Assembly (NCBI GenBank): GCA_031431875.1
Contig: JANPEF010000147.1
Span: forward strand, 1 to 56,219
DNA from: Candidatus Eiseniibacteriota bacterium
Lineage (GTDB): Bacteria; Eisenbacteria; RBG-16-71-46; DASYSL01
DNA length: 56,219 nt
Reading direction: 5' to 3'
Part shown: positions 1 through 10,070 of the stretch, piece after piece
How the letters are laid out: every line of letters starts with the position of its first letter
Position numbering within the stretch: position 1 is the first letter of the stretch
Made by a program: the position numbers and the translations under genes
Notes under the pieces: generated by a model
The model's input: the letters and a program-made list of their open reading frames with translations, nothing else
Told to the model about the DNA's origin: nothing
Database searches by the model: none

Positions 1-1456
1 CATGATCGAGACGCGCGTGCTGGTGCCGAACCTCGACCTCGGCGGCTGGCCGGCGGTGTGGATGCTCGGCACGACCAACCTCGGGTGGCCCGGCAGCGGC
101 GAGATCGACCTGATGGAGATGGGCGCCGGCAAGGCCTTCCGCGACCTGCACGACACCCACAACGGTGGCAACGGCCTGAACAACTCGACCGTGAACCAGA
201 TGGTGGGCGCCAACGCGATCTACTACTCCGCGGGCGCCGTCAACCCGGGCAATCCCTCGGGCGCCGCCAGCCTCGCCTACGATCCGAACGACGTCAGCGA
301 CCGCCCCTACTACAACTACGCCAACCCGCTGAATGGCCGCTTCCTGATCTACCGGGTGTACTGGGACGAGAACTCGATGCGCTTCACGGTCGTCGATGGC
401 GGCGTCGAGCGCGACCTCTACGCCCAGCCGTTCGTGTTCGGCAGCGATGCCGACGAGTTCCGCAAGCCGTTCTACCTGCTCGCCAACCTCGCCATCGGCG
501 GCACCTACACCGACGCCTGGCGCCTGGGCGACCCGGGCAGCGGCCTGCCGGTCTCGATGCCGCTGCCGGCCACGATGTACGTGGATTACGTCCGCGTGTA
601 CCAGTGGAACGGTCAGGGCGAGGTCGCGCTGGGTCCGCCCACCTGGCAGGCCGGACGGTTCGGGCTGTTCACCGACCTGACGCCGACTGACGCCGGTCTC
701 GTCACCGGCGTCTCGTCGGAGGTCTACGTCTGGGAGAACACGCTGCTGAACGGCACCATCGCACCGTTCGAGGGAAGCAACGGCCTCACCTGGAGGACCA
801 ACGGCAAGGGATGGTTCGGCGCGGGCATCATGTCGCACCAGCCGAAGAACCTGTTCAACCTCGGCGACGGTTTCCTCAAGTTCCGGATCAAGATTCCGGC
901 CAACGTCACGTTCAAGATCGGAGTCATCGATTCGTGGGGCAACCAGAACTACGTGGCGCTCCCCGCGAACCAGACGAAGTACGGCCTCGTGCGCAACGGC
1001 CAGTGGGGCCAGGCGTCGATCCCGATCAGCGAGCTGCGCGGCACGGCCATCGACCTGCGGATGCTGAGCTACGAGTTCGTCATCCTCGAGGAGTCCGGCA
1101 CCGCCTGCGAGTTCGCCCTCGACGACATCTACTGGGAAGCGAGCACGCCCGTCGCCGTGGGCGACGAGGGCGTCGCGCCGCGTGGTGTCCTGCGGATGTC
1201 GAGTGCGCCCAACCCGTTCCACTCCACGACGGAGCTGCGCTTCGAACTGGCGGCTCCGCTGCCCTACGAGGTCACGGTCTTCGACGCGGCCGGAAAGCGG
1301 GTGACCGCATTCCGTGGCATCGGCCGGGCCGGGGCGAACGCGGTGCGATGGGACGGCCGCGACGACCAGGACCGCAAGGCCCGCCCGGGCGTCTACTACT
1401 ATCGGCTGGTGTCGGATGGGCGTTCGGCGAGCCGGCAGGTGGTGCTGCTGCCGTAG
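1..1456 (+). CDS. GH16 beta-glucanase (laminarinase-like) with a carbohydrate-binding-like module and C-terminal FlgD-Ig/T9SS-like domain; probably 5'-truncated by the window
   Basis: WPAVWML...WPGSGEIDLME (GH16 ExDxxE motif), PFYLLANLAIGG, MYVDYVRVYQ. C-terminus APNPF...VFDAAGKRV...WDGRD...PGVYYYRL. No signal peptide is visible, so the true start is probably upstream. Confidence 0.88.
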   Translation, partial: MIETRVLVPNLDLGGWPAVWMLGTTNLGWPGSGEIDLMEMGAGKAFRDLHDTHNGGNGLNNSTVNQMVGANAIYYSAGAVNPGNPSGAASLAYDPNDVSDRPYYNYANPLNGRFLIYRVYWDENSMRFTVVDGGVERDLYAQPFVFGSDADEFRKPFYLLANLAIGGTYTDAWRLGDPGSGLPVSMPLPATMYVDYVRVYQWNGQGEVALGPPTWQAGRFGLFTDLTPTDAGLVTGVSSEVYVWENTLLNGTIAPFEGSNGLTWRTNGKGWFGAGIMSHQPKNLFNLGDGFLKFRIKIPANVTFKIGVIDSWGNQNYVALPANQTKYGLVRNGQWGQASIPISELRGTAIDLRMLSYEFVILEESGTACEFALDDIYWEASTPVAVGDEGVAPRGVLRMSSAPNPFHSTTELRFELAAPLPYEVTVFDAAGKRVTAFRGIGRAGANAVRWDGRDDQDRKARPGVYYYRLVSDGRSASRQVVLLP

Positions 1457-1492
1457 CAGGCGCACCGCGATCGCGCGGGTCGGGACGAGAGG

Positions 1493-1538
1493 GCAAACGA
1501 AACCGGCCCCGCCTTGCGGCGGGGCCGGTTTCGTTTGC
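1493..1538. terminator. Bidirectional intrinsic terminator
   Basis: Perfect 21-bp stem gcaaacgaaaccggccccgcc / TTGC / ggcggggccggtttcgtttgc between convergent genes. Confidence 0.85.
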
Positions 1539-1558
1539 AGCTGTTGCGAAACGGAGGG

Positions 1559-2227
1559 CTACTTGTACTGCGCCTTCAGGCGACCCCACGTCGCCGGCGT
1601 GGCGGGCGTGGTCTGCGTGGGGCCGACGACGACGGAGCCAGCCGCCGGTGCATCGGTGATCCACACGCACGGTCCCGTCACCTGGAAACCGTACTGCACG
1701 TGGCGAGCCGGGTCACCGATCGTGACCAGCGACACGCTCCAGCTGCCCGACGCCGGAAGGACGATGGCCGACTGGACGAACGAAGAGAAGTCCGGAGCGA
1801 AGTCCTTGATGACCGCCCGGGCGACGTGGCTGGCCGCCAGGTTGTTGGAGAGGACGTCACCGCTGAACGTCACGTTCTGACCCCCGAAGGCGGCCGGCTC
1901 GACATACATGTTGGCTTCCATGATCTTGTTGCCGGTGGAACCAGGGCCACCCGCCGGCGTGTACCAGAACGGATTGGGATCAGGGATCGAGTTCGGGCTC
2001 AGCCGCAGGTTGTTGCCGGTGAACACGGCGGCCAGCTCACCCGTTGCCCACCCCGAGCCGAAAACGTACCCGCCGCCGTTGGAAGGCAGTTCGAACACGT
2101 TCATGAAACCCTGATAGGGGTCACTGCCGCTGACGGTGACGCTGACATCGGCACGCGCGCTGCCCGCCACCATGACGCCGGCCACGACGAAACCGAGAAC
2201 GACGCTCTTCAGTAGACCTGTCTTCAT
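1559..2227 (-). CDS. Secreted hypothetical protein with C-terminal TWGxxK motif
   Basis: GGAGG RBS, signal peptide ending ARA-D, beta-rich body, C-terminus TTPATPATWGRLKAQYK. Confidence 0.85.
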   Translation of the reverse strand: MKTGLLKSVVLGFVVAGVMVAGSARADVSVTVSGSDPYQGFMNVFELPSNGGGYVFGSGWATGELAAVFTGNNLRLSPNSIPDPNPFWYTPAGGPGSTGNKIMEANMYVEPAAFGGQNVTFSGDVLSNNLAASHVARAVIKDFAPDFSSFVQSAIVLPASGSWSVSLVTIGDPARHVQYGFQVTGPCVWITDAPAAGSVVVGPTQTTPATPATWGRLKAQYK

Positions 2228-2482
2228 CGACCTATCCTCCGCTTTCCGAATGAGGGGACCGCGGCCCCCGGGGGGTCAGACTCTTCCTGCAACAGACAAG
2301 AGCGACGCGCTGTGCGATGTGGCAGTTCCAATCATCCTGCGAGGCTCTGGAGGGAACTGGAGCTTCCTGACATGCCAGAAGAATAGACTATGTTCGGCCA
2401 CCGTACAAAGTAGAATCTTGAGCCGGATGCTCGGCAAACGCCCCCCCGGGGGAGGCGGCCTCGTCCCCTCCAAGGGTACTCT

Positions 2483-2507
2483 CAACACGTTGTGGTGCAA
2501 TAGTTTA
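2483..2507. promoter_or_regulatory. Inverted pair of IHF-like sites (CAA-N4-TTG-N5-CAA-N4-TTA)
   Basis: caacacgttgtggtgcaatagttta in an AT-rich patch; matches the IHF core CAAnnnnTTR on both strands. Confidence 0.4.
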
Positions 2508-2557
2508 GAAAGTAATGCGGGGACCACGATCGGCACCGCAGCCGAGGGGTCGTGGGC

Positions 2558-3544
2558 TTACTGCAGCTTCTTCACCGCCTCGGTCAGGGCCGGCACCACC
2601 TCGAAGGCGTCGCCCACGATCCCGTAGTTGGCGAGCTTGAAGATCGGCGCGTCGGCGTCCTTGTTGATCGCCACGATCGTGCGCGACGAAGACATGCCGG
2701 CCAGGTGCTGGATCGCGCCCGAGATGCCGATCGCGACATACAGCTTCGGAGACACGGTCTTTCCGGTCTGGCCCACCTGTTCCCCATGCGGGCGCCAGCC
2801 CGCATCGACCACGGCGCGCGAGGCGCCGACGGTGGCGCCGAGTGCCGCCGCGAGTTCTTCGATCAGGTGAAAGTTCTCGGGGCCCTTCAGGCCGCGACCG
2901 CCGGAAACGATGATGTCGGCCTCGGTGAGGTCAGCCGGGCCGCTCGTCGCGGCGCTGGTGCCGGTCGTCATGACCCGCCAAGCGGAGGCCTCGAAGTTGA
3001 AGCCCGCGAGCGCCTCGACCGGCGCGCTCGCCCCCGGGCGATGCTCGGTGAGCGCGAACAGCTTCGGACGCAGGCTCGCGAGTGCGACCCCGCTGGTGAA
3101 CGCGACGCGCTGGATCGCCTTGCCTGCATACACCGGCCGTGTGGCAACGAGCTTGCCGCCCTCGACGGCGAGCGCCGTGCAATCGGAGGCGAGGCCGGCC
3201 TGGAGTCGCGCCGCGACGCGCGGGGCGAGGTCCTTGCCCATCGCGGTCGCCGAGAAGAACACGTGGAGAGCACTGGTCACTTGCTGCGCAGCAACCACCG
3301 CGCCGGCGAAACCGTCGGGCTGATACCGGCCGAAGGCCTCATGCGCGGCGTGATACACACGATCGGCGCCGTAGGCGCCTGAGTGGGCCGCTACGCCCGC
3401 GACCGCGGCCGGTCCACAAAGGAGGGCGACGACTTCGCCACCCCCGAGCCCGGCATCGGCAAGCCGGCGTGCTTCGGAAACCGCCTCGAACGAGCTGAGC
3501 TTGATCTCACCGTCACGCGCTTCGAGAACGACCAGAATTCCCAT
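2558..3544 (-). CDS. etfA: Electron transfer flavoprotein alpha subunit
   Basis: [49 protein letters not shown]. The ATG at 3544 overlaps the etfB stop (TAATG). Confidence 0.96.
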   Translation of the reverse strand: MGILVVLEARDGEIKLSSFEAVSEARRLADAGLGGGEVVALLCGPAAVAGVAAHSGAYGADRVYHAAHEAFGRYQPDGFAGAVVAAQQVTSALHVFFSATAMGKDLAPRVAARLQAGLASDCTALAVEGGKLVATRPVYAGKAIQRVAFTSGVALASLRPKLFALTEHRPGASAPVEALAGFNFEASAWRVMTTGTSAATSGPADLTEADIIVSGGRGLKGPENFHLIEELAAALGATVGASRAVVDAGWRPHGEQVGQTGKTVSPKLYVAIGISGAIQHLAGMSSSRTIVAINKDADAPIFKLANYGIVGDAFEVVPALTEAVKKLQ

Positions 3545-4311
3545 TAAATCACCTTCGCTTCTTCGCGCAGCAGCCGCACGAGTTCGGGGACGGCGGCCAC
3601 GCCCTCGCCGACGATGCGGCCGACGGGCCGGTCGGGCGGCAGCGTGAGCGACAGCACTTCGATCGACGGCGCGCCGACCTGCGCGGGCTTCTCGTCGATC
3701 GCCTTCTTCTTCGCCGCCATGATGCCCTTGAGCGAGGGATAGCGCGGCTCGTTGAGGCCCTTCTGGCAGGAGACGACCGCGGGCAGCGCAAACGAGACGT
3801 CCTCGAGCCCGCCCTCGATCTCGCGCTGTGCGATACACGCCGCACCAGCGGCGGCGGCACCGGTGCCGTCGATCGTGAGCTTCGTCACAACGGTGACGCA
3901 CGCGCGCTCCAGCAGTTCAGCCACCATCGGACCGACTTGAGCTGCGTCGTCGTCGACGGCCTGCTTGCCGCAGAGCACCAGCTCGAAGTCGCCGGCGGCG
4001 ATCTCGGCGGCGAGCGCGCGCGCGACCTGGAGCGCGTCGAGCGGACCGTCGGCGGTGAGCAGGATGGCGCGATCGGCGCCCATGGCGAGGCCATTGCGGA
4101 TGGTGGGTTGCCACGCGGACGTGCCGACGGTCAATAGCACGACTTCGCCGCCGCCGGCTTCCTTCAGCTTGAGGGCTGCTTCGAGGGCGAACTCGTCATA
4201 GGGATTGATCACCAGCGAGACACCGGCGGGATCCAGTTGCTTTCCATCGGGCCCGACCTTCACGCGCGTGTCGGTCGAGGGGACGGGCTTCATGAGGACG
4301 GCGATGTTCAC
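3544..4311 (-). CDS. etfB: Electron transfer flavoprotein beta subunit
   Basis: INPYDEFALEAAL, LAMGAD, GKQAVDDD, NEPRYPSLKGIMAAKKK. GTG start at 4311 with AAGGA RBS. Confidence 0.95.
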   Translation of the reverse strand: MNIAVLMKPVPSTDTRVKVGPDGKQLDPAGVSLVINPYDEFALEAALKLKEAGGGEVVLLTVGTSAWQPTIRNGLAMGADRAILLTADGPLDALQVARALAAEIAAGDFELVLCGKQAVDDDAAQVGPMVAELLERACVTVVTKLTIDGTGAAAAGAACIAQREIEGGLEDVSFALPAVVSCQKGLNEPRYPSLKGIMAAKKKAIDEKPAQVGAPSIEVLSLTLPPDRPVGRIVGEGVAAVPELVRLLREEAKVI

Positions 4312-4378
4312 GGACCATTCCTTGCGGAGGGATGAATGCGAAGACGGAAACGGCGGCCGGGAGGCCGCCGACGCCCGC

Positions 4379-4407
4379 ATCTTGGCCGCCCGGCGACGAC
4401 CCGTCAA
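4379..4407 (-). promoter_or_regulatory. Putative sigma70 promoter of etfBA
   Basis: TTGACG-N17-CAAGAT on the minus strand. Confidence 0.5.
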
Positions 4408-4482
4408 GGGGCGGCGCATGGTGAAACAAGTCCATCCATGGCCGCCAACGCGGCCCCGCGCGGTGCGGATTGGAACCGGTGG

Positions 4483-4511
4483 TTGCGAGCCCCGATCCTG
4501 CCTCTTATAGT
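4483..4511 (+). promoter_or_regulatory. Putative sigma70 promoter of the OMP genes
   Basis: TTGCGA-N17-TATAGT. Confidence 0.55.
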
Positions 4512-4552
4512 CCGCCGGTGTCTCGATCGACCCCGACCCTGGAGGTTCCGCT

Positions 4553-5044
4553 GTGATGGATCGCTTGCTCCGCCGTTCGGCCGTTCGTTGCCTCACCCTT
4601 GGTGCGCTCGCGCTCGCCTTCGCCGCCACCGCTCCCACGACCGCGAGCGCCGGCCCGTTCGGCGTCCACGCGGGTCTGGCGCTCAATCCGGACCAGCTCC
4701 TGCTCGGCGCACAGGCCACGTTCGCGATGTCGGGCGAGCGCCTCTACCTGGTCCCCCAGGCCGAGTTCGGCGTGTTCAACGGCGGGTCGTTCGTCGTCCA
4801 CGCGGATGCCGAGTATCGACTCGGCGGCAAGGATGCCGGCATGCGCCCGTACGTCGGCGCCGGCGGCACGTGGTGGAGCTACAACCCCGAGGGCGACGGC
4901 GAGACCGGCGACACGTTCGGCGTCAACATCGTGGGCGGCATCGCCACCCAGAAGCTGAGTGGAAAGGGGAAGTTCGCCGAGGTCATGTTTTTCCTCGACG
5001 ACGAGCTGCCGGACTTCCGTTTCGTGATCGGGACGAACTTCTAG
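4553..5044 (+). CDS. Small outer-membrane beta-barrel protein
   Basis: Signal peptide, amphipathic strands, RPYVGAGG, C-terminal Phe (VIGTNF), GGAGG RBS. Confidence 0.8.
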   Translation: MMDRLLRRSAVRCLTLGALALAFAATAPTTASAGPFGVHAGLALNPDQLLLGAQATFAMSGERLYLVPQAEFGVFNGGSFVVHADAEYRLGGKDAGMRPYVGAGGTWWSYNPEGDGETGDTFGVNIVGGIATQKLSGKGKFAEVMFFLDDELPDFRFVIGTNF

Positions 5045-5068
5045 CTCGAGACGGCGTTTTCGGTCCAT

Positions 5069-5113
5069 CGGCCCCGGCGCGGCCTCCCTTGCGGGAGGAT
5101 TGCGCCGGGGCCG
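5069..5113 (+). terminator. Stem-loop between the two OMP genes
   Basis: cggccccggcgc...cctccc-TTGC-gggagg...gcgccggggccg followed by TTT. Confidence 0.55.
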
Positions 5114-5180
5114 TTTGCATGCCTACACTCCCTGGGCAGCATCGGTGTCTTGAGGTCCCACCGCACAAGGAGGTCCCTGC

Positions 5181-5669
5181 ATGAAGTCGCTCACCCGCAT
5201 TGCCGCCGCCGCGTTCCTCACGTCGGTCGTCGCGTTCTCCGCCAGTCCCGCGTCAGCCCAGTTCGGCGTCCGCGCCGGCTACAGCTTCACCCCCGACCAG
5301 GTCGTCCTCGGCGCCCACTACATGCTGCCGATCGGCACGTCGGGCCTGCACCTGATTCCCAGCGCCGAGGTCGCGTTCGGCGATGATGCGTTCACGATCT
5401 ACGGCAACGGTGACCTGGTGTACCGCTTCAACGCCGGCAGCGTGAAGCCGTACCTGGGCGGCGGCGTCTCGGTCGTCAACTACGATCCGGACGACATCGA
5501 GGTCCTGGGCGAGACGGTCGACGTCGAGAGCGACACCGAGGTCGCCTTCACCGCCCTGGGCGGCGCCTGGTTCAACGCCGGCGGCAGCACGCCGTGGTTC
5601 GTCGAGGGCAAGATCGGCCTCGACGACAAGTCGCCGGACGTCAAGGTCATGGTGGGCGTCGGGCTATAA
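5181..5669 (+). CDS. Small outer-membrane beta-barrel protein (paralog of the upstream gene)
   Basis: AGGAGG RBS, signal peptide ending ASA-Q. FGVRAG..PDQVVLGA and KPYLGGG align with FGVHAG..PDQLLLGA and RPYVGAG. Confidence 0.82.
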   Translation: MKSLTRIAAAAFLTSVVAFSASPASAQFGVRAGYSFTPDQVVLGAHYMLPIGTSGLHLIPSAEVAFGDDAFTIYGNGDLVYRFNAGSVKPYLGGGVSVVNYDPDDIEVLGETVDVESDTEVAFTALGGAWFNAGGSTPWFVEGKIGLDDKSPDVKVMVGVGL

Positions 5670-5690
5670 CGTCCAGCGAAGCTGGACAAG

Positions 5691-5733
5691 ACAGCAATCG
5701 CCCGGTTCCCTCGCGGGGGCCGGGCGTTGTTGT
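5691..5733. terminator. Bidirectional terminator between the OMP gene and acsA
   Basis: acagcaa-t-cgcccggttccc-tcgc-gggggccgggcg-ttgttgt. Confidence 0.65.
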
Positions 5734-5759
5734 TGAGTGCTCGGCGCTGCGCGCCTGCG

Positions 5760-7718
5760 CTACACCTTCGCGCGAGAAACGTGCTCGGCGACCAGCTTCT
5801 CCACCACCTCGGGCTCGGCCAGCGTGCTCACGTCACCCAGCCCGTCGTACTCGCCGGCGGCAATCTTCCGGAGGATGCGGCGCATGATCTTCCCGCTGCG
5901 CGTCTTGGGCAGCCCCGCCACGACGTGCACGACGTCGGGGGCGGCGAACGAGCCGATCGCCTGGCGCACCTGCTCCTTGAGCGCGCCCTCCAGCTCATGC
6001 CGATCGCGCCGCGCCGCCTCGGCGTGCACGTGCACGTAGGCGTAGATGCCGGTGCCCTTGATGGCGTGCGGGAAGCCGACCACCGCGGCCTCGGCCACCG
6101 CCTCGTGGGCGACCAGCGCGCTCTCGACCTCGGCCGTGCCCAGGCGATGGCCGGCCACGTTGAGCACGTCGTCGATGCGCCCGGTGATCCAGTAATCCCC
6201 GTCGGCGTCGCGCTTGCAGCCGTCGCCGGTGAAGTACAGCCCCGGATACTGCGAGAAGTACGTCGCCTTGAAGCGCTGGTGATCGCCCCACACGCTGCGG
6301 GCCTGCCCGGGCCACGAGGTGGCGAGGCACAGCGCGCCGCTCACGCCGTTGCCCTCGAGCGGCTGGCCCGTCGCCGGATCGACGACCACCGGCAGCACGC
6401 CGAACAACGGCCGCGTCGCCGAGCCGGGCTTGGTCGGCGTCACGCCGGGCAGCGGTGAGATGAGGATGCCACCGGTCTCGGTCTGCCACCACGTGTCGAC
6501 GACCGCGCAGCGCGCGTCCCCCACCACGTCGTGATACCAGCGCCAGGTCTCGGGATTGATCGGCTCGCCGACTGTTCCCAGTACTCTCAGTGAAGCGCGA
6601 GAAGCGCGCTTCACAAAGTCATCCCCGGCCTGTGCGATCGCCCTCAGCGCCGTCGGCGCCGTATAGAAAATATTCACGCCCAGGTCGTCGACGACCTGCC
6701 AGTAACGCCCCGCATCGGGATACAGCGGCGTCGACTCGAACAACACGGTCGTCGCGCCGTTGGCCAGCGGCCCGTAGACGATGTAGCTGTGCCCGGTGAT
6801 CCAGCCGACGTCGGCCGCGCAGAAGTACACCTCGGGGGCGTGGTAGTCGAAGACCAGCTTGTGCGTCATCGCCGCGTACACCAGGTAGCCGCCGGTGGTA
6901 TGCAGCAGACCCTTGGGCTTCCCGGTGCTGCCGCTCGTGTACAGGATGAACAGCGGATCCTCGGCCCCCATCCACGCCGCGGTGGCGGTCGAGCGTTGCT
7001 TCGCCATCTCCTCGGCGAGCCAGTGATCGCGGCCGGCCTTCATCGGGACCGCGGTCTCGGTGCGCCGCGCGACGAGCACGGTGGTCACCAGGTCGAGCCC
7101 TTCGACCGCGCGATCGGCGATCGCCTTGAGCGGGATCGCGCGCCCGCCGCGCAGGCCTTCGTTCGCGGTGAGCAGCACCTTGCAGCCGGCGTCGAGGATG
7201 CGGTCGCGCAGCGAGTCGGCGCTGAAGCCGCCGAAGACGACCGAGTGGATCGCGCCGATGCGCGCGCAGGCGAGCATGGCGTACACCGTCTCGGGGATCA
7301 TCGGCATGTAGATGCAGACGCGATCGCCCTTCTTGACGCCATGGGCGAGCAGCACGTTGGCGAGGCGACAGACCTCGTGCTTGAGCTCGCGATACGAGAT
7401 GTGGCGGTAGACGCCCGGCTCGTCGGCGGCCCAGATGATCGCGGTGCGATCGCCCAGGCCCGCGGCCACGTGGCGATCGACGCAGTTGTGCGCCACGTTG
7501 AGCCGTCCGCCCGAGTACCACGCGAAGTCGACCGCCTCGTAGTCGGCGTCGAACACACGATGCCACGGATGGAACCAGTCGAGCGTCTTCGCCTGCTCGG
7601 CCCAGAACGCCTCGGGTTCGTCGAGCGAGCGCTTGTACATGCGCTCGTACTCCTCCCACGAGGAGAGGTGCGCGTTCTCCTGGATGTGGGGCTTGACGGG
7701 GTAACGGTCATCGGACAT
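5760..7718 (-). CDS. acsA: Acetyl-CoA synthetase (acetate--CoA ligase)
   Basis: [43 protein letters not shown]; 652 aa. Confidence 0.97.
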   Translation of the reverse strand: MSDDRYPVKPHIQENAHLSSWEEYERMYKRSLDEPEAFWAEQAKTLDWFHPWHRVFDADYEAVDFAWYSGGRLNVAHNCVDRHVAAGLGDRTAIIWAADEPGVYRHISYRELKHEVCRLANVLLAHGVKKGDRVCIYMPMIPETVYAMLACARIGAIHSVVFGGFSADSLRDRILDAGCKVLLTANEGLRGGRAIPLKAIADRAVEGLDLVTTVLVARRTETAVPMKAGRDHWLAEEMAKQRSTATAAWMGAEDPLFILYTSGSTGKPKGLLHTTGGYLVYAAMTHKLVFDYHAPEVYFCAADVGWITGHSYIVYGPLANGATTVLFESTPLYPDAGRYWQVVDDLGVNIFYTAPTALRAIAQAGDDFVKRASRASLRVLGTVGEPINPETWRWYHDVVGDARCAVVDTWWQTETGGILISPLPGVTPTKPGSATRPLFGVLPVVVDPATGQPLEGNGVSGALCLATSWPGQARSVWGDHQRFKATYFSQYPGLYFTGDGCKRDADGDYWITGRIDDVLNVAGHRLGTAEVESALVAHEAVAEAAVVGFPHAIKGTGIYAYVHVHAEAARRDRHELEGALKEQVRQAIGSFAAPDVVHVVAGLPKTRSGKIMRRILRKIAAGEYDGLGDVSTLAEPEVVEKLVAEHVSRAKV

Positions 7719-8003
7719 GCGCGGCAGTCTAGCGCACGCCCCGCGGCGAGTTCACCGTGGAATCCTGCGCCGTTCCGCGGCTAGCTTGAGGACCCGCGCA
7801 GCTCGCAGCGCCTTGTCCTTGATCTTCTGCGCCGGATCAAGTTCGATGGGCTCGCGGGGGTGCGTACGGATTGCGGATGGAATCCATGGTCGGGGCCACA
7901 GCAGAGTGAGGGGACTTTACCGAATGCAGCTAAACTCGGATCAGATTCATAAGGTTCTTCAACGCATTGTCCCGCATGCGGTTCTGTATACAGACTCGAG
8001 TCG

Positions 8004-9416
8004 ATGACGATGGCCTTGGCCACCGCCTTCCCGCCCGGCTTCCTCTGGGGCGCCGCCACGTCCGCCTGGCAGATCGAGGGCTCGCCGCTGGCCGATGGCG
8101 CCGGGCCCTCGATCTGGCATCGCTTCGCGCACACGCCCGGCCGCGTCGCCGACGGTTCGACCGGGGACCTCGCCTGCGACCACTGGCGCCGCTGGCCCGA
8201 GGACGTCCAGTGGATGAAGCGCACGGGCCTGACGTCGTATCGCCTGAGCGTGTCGTGGTCGCGGATCCTGCCTTCCGGGACAGGCCCGGTCAATCAGGCC
8301 GGGCTCGACGGCTACTCGCGCCTGATCGACGCGCTGCTCGCCGCCGGCATTGCGCCCATGGTCACGCTCTATCACTGGGACCTGCCGGCCGCGCTGGACG
8401 ATCGCGGCGGCTGGCTCAACCGCGACATCGAGTCGTGGTTCGCCGACTACGCGAGCGTGCTGTTCGACGCGCTGGGCGACCGCGTGCCGCTGTGGGCGAC
8501 GATCAACGAGCCGTGGGTCATCGTCGACGGCGGCTACCTGCACGGCACGCTGGCGCCGGGACACCGGAGCGCGTTCGAGGCGCCGCGTGCGGCGCACCAC
8601 GTGCTGCTGGCGCACGGCGCGGCGGTGCGGGCGTTCCGGGCTTCTCGGGCCGGTGCGGCCGGCGTCGGCAAGATCGGCATCGTCGTCAATCTCGAGCCCA
8701 AGGACGCCGCGACCGATCGGCCCGAGGACCTCGCCGCAACGGCCCGCGTCGACGCGCAGTTCAATCGCCACTATCTCGACGCGCTGTTCCTCGGCCGCTA
8801 TCCCGACGAACTGGCCGAGGTCTACGGCATGGGCTGGCCCGCGTTCGACCCCGCCGACTTCGCGCGGATCGGCGAGCCCATGGACTTCGTCGGGGTGAAC
8901 TACTACTCGCGCGGGCTGACCGTCGACGCGCCCGACGTGTGGCCCACGCGCTCGAAGACGGTGAAGAATCCGGCGGCTTCGTATACCGACCTGGATTGGG
9001 AGGTGTACCCGGAGGGGCTGACCCGAGTCTTGAAGTGGGTCCGCGACCGCTACACCCCACTCCCGTTGTATGTCACCGAGAACGGCTGTGCGATGCCCGA
9101 GTCGCCGGTCCTGCCGCCGGGCACGGCGCGGCTCGAGGATCTGGAGCGCGTCGCGTACCTGCGCTCGCACGTGGCGGCCGTGCGCGATGCTCTCGCCTCC
9201 GGCGTGGATGTGCGCGGCTACTTCGCCTGGTCGCTGCTCGACAACCTGGAATGGGGTCACGGGTTCGCCAAGCGCTTCGGCTTGCTGCACGTCGATCACG
9301 CGACCCAGGTGCGCACGCCCAAAGCGAGCGCGTCGTTCCTGCGGGCGCTGGCGACGACGAACGGGGCGGCGGTTGATGACGCGAGCGCGGGAACCCCCGA
9401 ACTGCCGGAGGCCTGA
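8004..9416 (+). CDS. GH1 beta-glucosidase (cytoplasmic)
   Basis: FLWGAATSAWQIEG, TLYHWDLP, TINEP (acid/base), YVTENG (nucleophile), WSLLDNLEW. Confidence 0.96.
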   Translation: MTMALATAFPPGFLWGAATSAWQIEGSPLADGAGPSIWHRFAHTPGRVADGSTGDLACDHWRRWPEDVQWMKRTGLTSYRLSVSWSRILPSGTGPVNQAGLDGYSRLIDALLAAGIAPMVTLYHWDLPAALDDRGGWLNRDIESWFADYASVLFDALGDRVPLWATINEPWVIVDGGYLHGTLAPGHRSAFEAPRAAHHVLLAHGAAVRAFRASRAGAAGVGKIGIVVNLEPKDAATDRPEDLAATARVDAQFNRHYLDALFLGRYPDELAEVYGMGWPAFDPADFARIGEPMDFVGVNYYSRGLTVDAPDVWPTRSKTVKNPAASYTDLDWEVYPEGLTRVLKWVRDRYTPLPLYVTENGCAMPESPVLPPGTARLEDLERVAYLRSHVAAVRDALASGVDVRGYFAWSLLDNLEWGHGFAKRFGLLHVDHATQVRTPKASASFLRALATTNGAAVDDASAGTPELPEA

Positions 9417-9421
9417 GGGAC

Positions 9422-9889
9422 ATGCTCGAAGCCATCCGTCGCTTTCTCGCAGGCGGGACGGGACCGGCTGACGCCGGGACTTCCGGCCCGACCGCCGAGG
9501 AGGAGCTGCGGGTCGCTGCCTGCGCCCTGCTCCTCGAGCTCGCCCACTCCGACGACACGTTCAGCCCTGAGGAGCAGCGCCTCATCGAGGAGGCCCTCGG
9601 CCGGCACTTCGGACTTTCCGCCGAGGAGGGTCGCGGCCTCATCGCACTCGCCGAGGAGCGCCGCAGGCTCGCGATCGACCTCCACGGGTTCACCCGCATC
9701 GTCCTGTCGCGCTACGACGAGGGACAGCGCATGGTCCTGGCGGAACTCATGTGGCGGGTCGTCGACGCGGACGGCGTGCTCTCGCGGCACGAGGAGGCGC
9801 TGATGCAGAAGCTCGCGTCCCTGCTCGACCTTCGGCCCGCCTATCTCGCCGCGGCGAGAAAGCGCGCGGCGCCGGATCGCGAGGTCTAG
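9422..9889 (+). CDS. TerB-family (tellurite resistance-like) protein
   Basis: ACALLLELAHSD..FSPEE, MWRVVDADGVLSRHEE. Starts 5 nt after the GH1 stop. Confidence 0.82.
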   Translation: MLEAIRRFLAGGTGPADAGTSGPTAEEELRVAACALLLELAHSDDTFSPEEQRLIEEALGRHFGLSAEEGRGLIALAEERRRLAIDLHGFTRIVLSRYDEGQRMVLAELMWRVVDADGVLSRHEEALMQKLASLLDLRPAYLAAARKRAAPDREV

Positions 9890-10045
9890 CCCGCCTCCCG
9901 GGCGCTCGGGGTAGCCGGCCGTGACCTCTCCTCACGTCGAGGGCCGCGGGCAAGTTGCCGACGGCGGTCCGGCTGCGCCGGCGGGGTTGTGATGCTGGCG
10001 AACTGGTCTTGAGACCAGTTGAGACGACACATTTGAATGTGCGCA

Positions 10046-10070
10046 TAATACACTCAACCACAACATGTTA
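10046..10070. promoter_or_regulatory. Degenerate inverted IHF-like site pair
   Basis: TAA-taca-CTC-aacca-CAA-catg-TTA. Confidence 0.3.

Noticed and set aside
2362..2378. Possible sigma54 promoter TGGCATG...AAGC upstream of the first TWG gene
   Set aside because: The GG-to-GC spacing is one base too long and the TTGC element is absent.
2433..2460. GGCAAAC followed by a hairpin, resembling the start of a c-di-GMP-I riboswitch
   Set aside because: No GAAA tetraloop or GCAAA/second stem, and it is on the wrong strand for the adjacent gene.
9422..9889. TerB as evidence of a tellurite-resistance or defence island
   Set aside because: A lone TerB-like gene with no other ter genes nearby.
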